32,000 nucleotides of DNA from positions 3,510,001-3,542,000 of the forward strand of contig NC_002939.5 in the NCBI RefSeq assembly GCF_000007985.2, read 5' to 3'. The position numbers and the translations under genes are program-made. The stretch is from Geobacter sulfurreducens PCA. GTDB taxonomy: Bacteria > Desulfobacterota > Desulfuromonadia > Geobacterales > Geobacteraceae. The notes under the pieces are model-generated. The model was not told the DNA's origin, did not search any database, and saw only the letters and a program-made list of their open reading frames with translations. Of this stretch, positions 28,264 to 32,000 are shown piece after piece; within the stretch, counting starts at the first letter, position 1; every line of letters begins with the position of its first letter.

Positions 28264-29994
28264 ATGGCAGCACGACCCATGATAACGGCACTGGTCTTCT
28301 TCCTGGGAACGGCGGCCCCGGCGGCGGCCCTCTCTCCCTCCCTGAGCGTGACCGATTCTCACAACCGCCACAACCTGTCCGTAAGCGGCCCGGGGCTCAC
28401 CGGTGCGACCCGCGCCTCCACCGAAGAGCGGGTCTGCATTTTCTGCCATACGCCCCACCACGCCACGAGCATAACCCCCCTCTGGAGCCGCGAGTTGTCC
28501 AGCGCGCTCTACACCCCCTACGACTCGTCGACCCTCAAGGCAATCCAGAAACCGGGCCAGCCTACCGGCGCATCCCGTCTTTGCCTGGGGTGTCATGACG
28601 GCACCATCGCCCCCGGCATGCTCTCGGGGGGCAAGATGATCGCGGGGCTGCCGACCCTGCCCACGAATGTGCGCTCGAACCTGTCCACTGATCTCTCCGA
28701 CGACCATCCCATTTCCTTTCCCTATGCCGGATCCATCTCGGTCGCCGCCGTGCTCCGGCTGCCGGCCGAACTGCCGCCCGAAATCTCGCTCGAAGACGGC
28801 AGAATCGAATGCACCAGCTGCCACGATCCCCACAAGGACCGCTACCCTCCGGCTGATCATCCGCAGAAATCGGGGAAATTCCTGGTGCTCGACAACAACA
28901 ATTACTCGGCCCTCTGCACCGCCTGCCACAGCCGCGCCGGGCTCACGGAGGGCGCCCACTACCTGCCGGGCGATCCCTGCGAAAGCTGTCACCAGGTCCA
29001 CCGGGCCGATCAGCCGGCACGGCTGCTGAAGGGAGCCAATGTGCAGGAGACCTGCGTCCTCACCTGCCACAACGGAACCGGCACGGTGGAAACATCCGGG
29101 ACCGACATCCGCTCCGCATCGGTCTTCGGCAAAGCTCATCAGACCGGCCGGCTCGTTCTTTCCGGCAGGCACGACGCCGACGAGAACCCCCTCGACTTCG
29201 AGCCGTCACAGCCGCACGTGGAGTGCGTCGATTGCCACAATCCCTGCATCACCCGTCATGAATCAACACCTCTTGCTTCGCCGCCGACGCTGAACGGCCG
29301 GCTCGTAGGGGTTACCATCGCCAAGTCGCCCGACGGCATCAAGACTTACGCCGACAGCGAATATGCCATCTGCTACAAATGCCACGGCGACCGGAGTTTC
29401 GTGCCCCCGGCCGTGCCCCGCAGGGTCCAGACCGGTGACCAGAGCCTCCGCTTTGCCCAGGAAAACCCCTCGTATCACCCGGTATCGGCGCCGGGCAAAG
29501 GGATGAGCGTGCCAAGCCTGCGCTTTGAAATCGTCGGGTTCAGGCCCGCTCGGACCCTCTCCATCTCAAGCCTCATCTACTGCACCGATTGCCATTCGAG
29601 CAACAAGGGCAGCAAGGTGGGGGGGAGCGGCGCATCCGGACCCCACGGCTCCGATTACCAGCCAATCCTGATGGACCGCTACGAGCACGACACCTATCCC
29701 CTCGCCTATGCCGAGAGCAACTACTCCCTCTGCTTCCGTTGCCATGACCAGACGATTCTGCTGGACCCGGGCCGATCGGCGTTTCCGCTCCACCAGTCCC
29801 ACCTGGTCAACCATCAGGTACCCTGCTCAGTCTGCCACGACCCCCATGGCGTTCCCCTGGTTCTGGGGGGCACCACGGCTGCAAACAGCCACCTGATCAA
29901 CTTCGATACCCGCTTCGTCACCACCGGCAGCTATGACTCTCCGGGTCGCAGCTGCACCGTGAGTTGCCACTCGGCCAACCCGAGAACCTACTGA
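28264..29994 (+). CDS. Secreted multiheme c-type cytochrome (10 CXXCH plus 2 CX3CH-like motifs)
   Basis: Signal peptide MAARPMITALVFFLGTAAPAAA. Ten CXXCH motifs plus CVLTCH and CTVSCH. The first ~200 aa parallel the tetraheme protein at 22297. ATG 28264 is preceded by AAAGGTGG; GTG 28255 is an alternative start. Confidence 0.85.
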   Translation: MAARPMITALVFFLGTAAPAAALSPSLSVTDSHNRHNLSVSGPGLTGATRASTEERVCIFCHTPHHATSITPLWSRELSSALYTPYDSSTLKAIQKPGQPTGASRLCLGCHDGTIAPGMLSGGKMIAGLPTLPTNVRSNLSTDLSDDHPISFPYAGSISVAAVLRLPAELPPEISLEDGRIECTSCHDPHKDRYPPADHPQKSGKFLVLDNNNYSALCTACHSRAGLTEGAHYLPGDPCESCHQVHRADQPARLLKGANVQETCVLTCHNGTGTVETSGTDIRSASVFGKAHQTGRLVLSGRHDADENPLDFEPSQPHVECVDCHNPCITRHESTPLASPPTLNGRLVGVTIAKSPDGIKTYADSEYAICYKCHGDRSFVPPAVPRRVQTGDQSLRFAQENPSYHPVSAPGKGMSVPSLRFEIVGFRPARTLSISSLIYCTDCHSSNKGSKVGGSGASGPHGSDYQPILMDRYEHDTYPLAYAESNYSLCFRCHDQTILLDPGRSAFPLHQSHLVNHQVPCSVCHDPHGVPLVLGGTTAANSHLINFDTRFVTTGSYDSPGRSCTVSCHSANPRTY

Positions 29995-29999
29995 GATAC

Positions 30000-30028
30000 C
30001 CCCCAGAATCGCCCGGCGGTTCTGGGGG
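30000..30028 (+). terminator. Strong GC hairpin (terminator-like, weak U tract) after the 10-heme cytochrome gene
   Basis: CCCCCAGAATCGCC (30000-30013) pairs with GGCGGTTCTGGGGG (30015-30028) with one G-U wobble, followed by ATTT. Confidence 0.5.
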
Positions 30029-30188
30029 ATTTCCCCCGTACCCCCCAGAAACATAGGGTGAATATACCCCACTCCCCCCCGTTTTCCTGTCCATTGGCTC
30101 TTCACCATTAGTCCACAAGATTTACGAATATTTTATATATCAAGACGTTTCGCGGTTTTATCACTTTTTTGCTCATATTTATTCGCCG

Positions 30189-30204
30189 AGGCATGATAGG
30201 TGCA
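30189..30204 (+). promoter_or_regulatory. Candidate sigma54 promoter AGGCAT-GATAG-GTGCA
   Basis: GG at 30190-30191 and GC at 30202-30203 with a 10-nt gap, the same GGCAT..TGCA form as at 15658. Preceded by an AT-rich tract containing TATCAAGACGTTT (an IHF-like near match, 30138-30150). It lies about 217 nt upstream of ATG 30421. Confidence 0.4.
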
Positions 30205-30420
30205 ATTTCATATGTGCTCTCTTCCCCAGACCGGCAGTTATCGGACTACTTCCCGGCCGTCCCCCCAGACGCCCGATGAAGCTCCGGTGCTGGCCGGAAC
30301 CATTTGCACGGCGGATTCGGGACACTGACACCCGCCACCGGCATCGTAACGCGCCCTCTCGACACGGGACCACCGTGCGGCAGGGTGCGCGAACCCAACC
30401 ATACGCGAGGAGAAAGGTAT

Positions 30421-32000
30421 ATGAAGAGAAACCGGAGACACCCGGCCGCCGGCCCGGTGCTGATCTCGGGAGCCGCACTGATAGTGGGGCTTGCCAGCGG
30501 ATCGGCAACGGCTGCCTATAACGCGGCCCACAAGGACATCGTCCTGAAGAATGCGGCGGGATCTGCCATCAAGGCAACCGACACCGTCAACGCCTTCAGC
30601 ATCAAGAACACCTGCTTCGGCACCGCCGGCTGCCATGGCGACACCAATGCCGGCGGCACCCTCAGATTCAGCTATGACGACATCGAGCGCCACTCCTACC
30701 ATGCCCAGCTCGGTGCCAATGAAATTCGCGGCTGGAACCCCTGGAACCCCGACTCTGCCGACGCCTTCCGCAAAGGAGCCGGACCGGTGGGTAAAAACTG
30801 GGTCCAGAGCCCCGGCCACGTGGGCTCATGGTGACCGCCTTCCGCTCGCCAGTTGGCGAGACTGTACAATGACGGCGCAGGAACCGCCTACGACTCGGCA
30901 AATGCCAAGTTTATCGACAACCTCTTCGGCTGGACCAACTACCTCGCGGGCACGAAAAACCTGAACGGCGCCTTCGAGCCGTTCAACTTCGGCTCGGCTG
31001 CCGGATTCAAGAGCAAGGTTGACAACTCCCTTGCGGGCGAAATGCGCGACTGCGGTGAGTGCCACGTCGGCGGCGGTCTGATGGAGTACATGAGCAATAC
31101 CATTCCGACCAGCGACTACACCGGCGGCGTCAGCTACGACCCCGCCAAGCGCACCTCCTATCGCGATGTGGTCTTCGGCGGCCTCTTCACCGCCTTCAAC
31201 GCCCTCATCGACGTCTTCAACCCCGATCCTGCCCGGCGCGGCGACGTGGTCATCAACGACTACGCCCAGACCGGCGTCATGGAGATGGATTGCCTCATTT
31301 GCCACTTTGAAGGTTATGACTGGGAGAAGCGGAAGGAAGCCGTCCGCAAAGGTGAATTCGATGCCTCCCGCGCCCTCGGCTCCGGCCTGGCCACCTCGGC
31401 GGCTAGCGGCGTCCAGGTAACCTACGACACTAACCTGGTCAAGACAAATGCCAGCGGCGATCTGGTTGTGGACCTCTCCGCCAAGCTGAGCCCGGTCCCG
31501 CCGGCCGACAACTGCGCCTCTTGCCACCTGTCCCAGTACAACGTCGACTGGAAGAAGCGCGGCGACATGTGGATCGAAGGCACTGAAGCCCACTACGGCA
31601 TCGGCTGCATGGGCTGCCACCAGCGCAAAGACGCGGCGAGTCCCACGGTCGGCACGAGCGGCCTGGTGAGCAGCACCACGCTCGGTCTCTGCGACCCGGC
31701 CAAGGGTGGCGCGTCCCCCTTCGACGCCATGTGGAACAAGCTCGACAAGTCTCAGTTCAAAGAGTGCGTGGACTGCCACGCTCCCACGAGCACGCCGACC
31801 TACGACACCTACAATGCGCCCAACCCGGTTTCAGCTCACGCAATCAAAGGGCTGACCGACAAGATCGCCTTTGATAAGGACGGCAACTCGGTAAGCCACA
31901 TCGAACTGATCGACTGCTCCGCCTGCCATATCAGGAAGTCGGGCTTCACCGGCGGCGCCTTCGTCGACGGCACCGGCGCCGATGAAGAAGGCCGCCTGGC
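30421..32000 (+). CDS. Large secreted multiheme c-type cytochrome interrupted by one in-frame TGA (30832-30834); 3' end outside the window
   Basis: ATG 30421 with GAGGAGAAAGG Shine-Dalgarno and signal peptide MKRNRRHPAAGPVLISGAALIVGLASGSATA. The same frame (frame 1) has no other stop from 30421 to 32000 apart from the TGA at codon 138. Downstream of the TGA are six CXXCH motifs (CGECH, CLICH, CASCH, CMGCH, CVDCH, CSACH) and no start codon or Shine-Dalgarno for a separate gene. Confidence 0.7.
30845..30860 (+). other. SECIS-like hairpin 10 nt downstream of the in-frame TGA
   Basis: CUCGCC (30845-30850), loop AGUU, GGCGAG (30855-30860): a perfect 6-bp GC-rich stem. The loop starts 16 nt after the UGA and has G at its second position. 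Confidence 0.35.

Noticed and set aside
30290-30310. TGGCCGGAACCATTTGCA as a sigma54 promoter closer to the last cytochrome gene
   Set aside because: The GG and GC dinucleotides are 12 nt apart rather than the required 10.
1-32000. Mobile-element, CRISPR, tRNA and rRNA signatures that might explain the accessory cluster
   Set aside because: I saw no transposase, integrase or recombinase-like ORF, no long terminal inverted or direct repeats flanking the cluster, no spacer-repeat arrays, and no cloverleaf-like or rRNA-like segments. The only extended repeats are the in-gene CARDB-like domains.

Overview
High-GC bacterial chromosome segment, probably Geobacter/Desulfuromonadales-like. This is inferred from gene content and the extreme density of CXXCH heme motifs; I cannot run a search. 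The window has two parts.

(1) 1-10,007 is a conserved housekeeping block. On the + strand it holds a LolA-like gene, yajQ, rimO and a DksA-type zinc finger. A minus-strand operon then runs obg-proB-proA-nadD-rsfS-rlmH-gpmI.

(2) 10.1-32 kb is an accessory cluster set off by strong terminators and visibly AT-rich spacers. It contains:
- six c-type cytochrome genes with at least 41 canonical CXXCH motifs
- two six-bladed NHL beta-propeller lipoproteins
- a 677-aa outer-membrane beta-barrel
- a 2030-aa secreted subtilisin (S8) protease ending in nine tandem CARDB-like repeats
- a regulatory pair: a PilZ domain fused to a histidine-kinase-like domain that appears to lack the phospho-acceptor His, plus an NtrC-type sigma54 activator

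Four sigma54-type -24/-12 elements sit in front of the structural units; the one at 22143-22158 is a perfect TGGCAC-N5-TTGC. A C-rich motif, CCCCCCAGA, recurs in the intergenic spacers about 190 nt upstream of three of them.

The last cytochrome gene has an in-frame TGA at 30832, followed 10 nt later by a GC hairpin whose loop contains GU. The same frame stays open and heme-motif rich to the window end. This makes it a candidate selenocysteine multiheme cytochrome, or otherwise a pseudogene or sequencing error.

I found no tRNA, rRNA, CRISPR, transposase or integrase. Many long antisense ORFs in the track are high-GC shadow ORFs.
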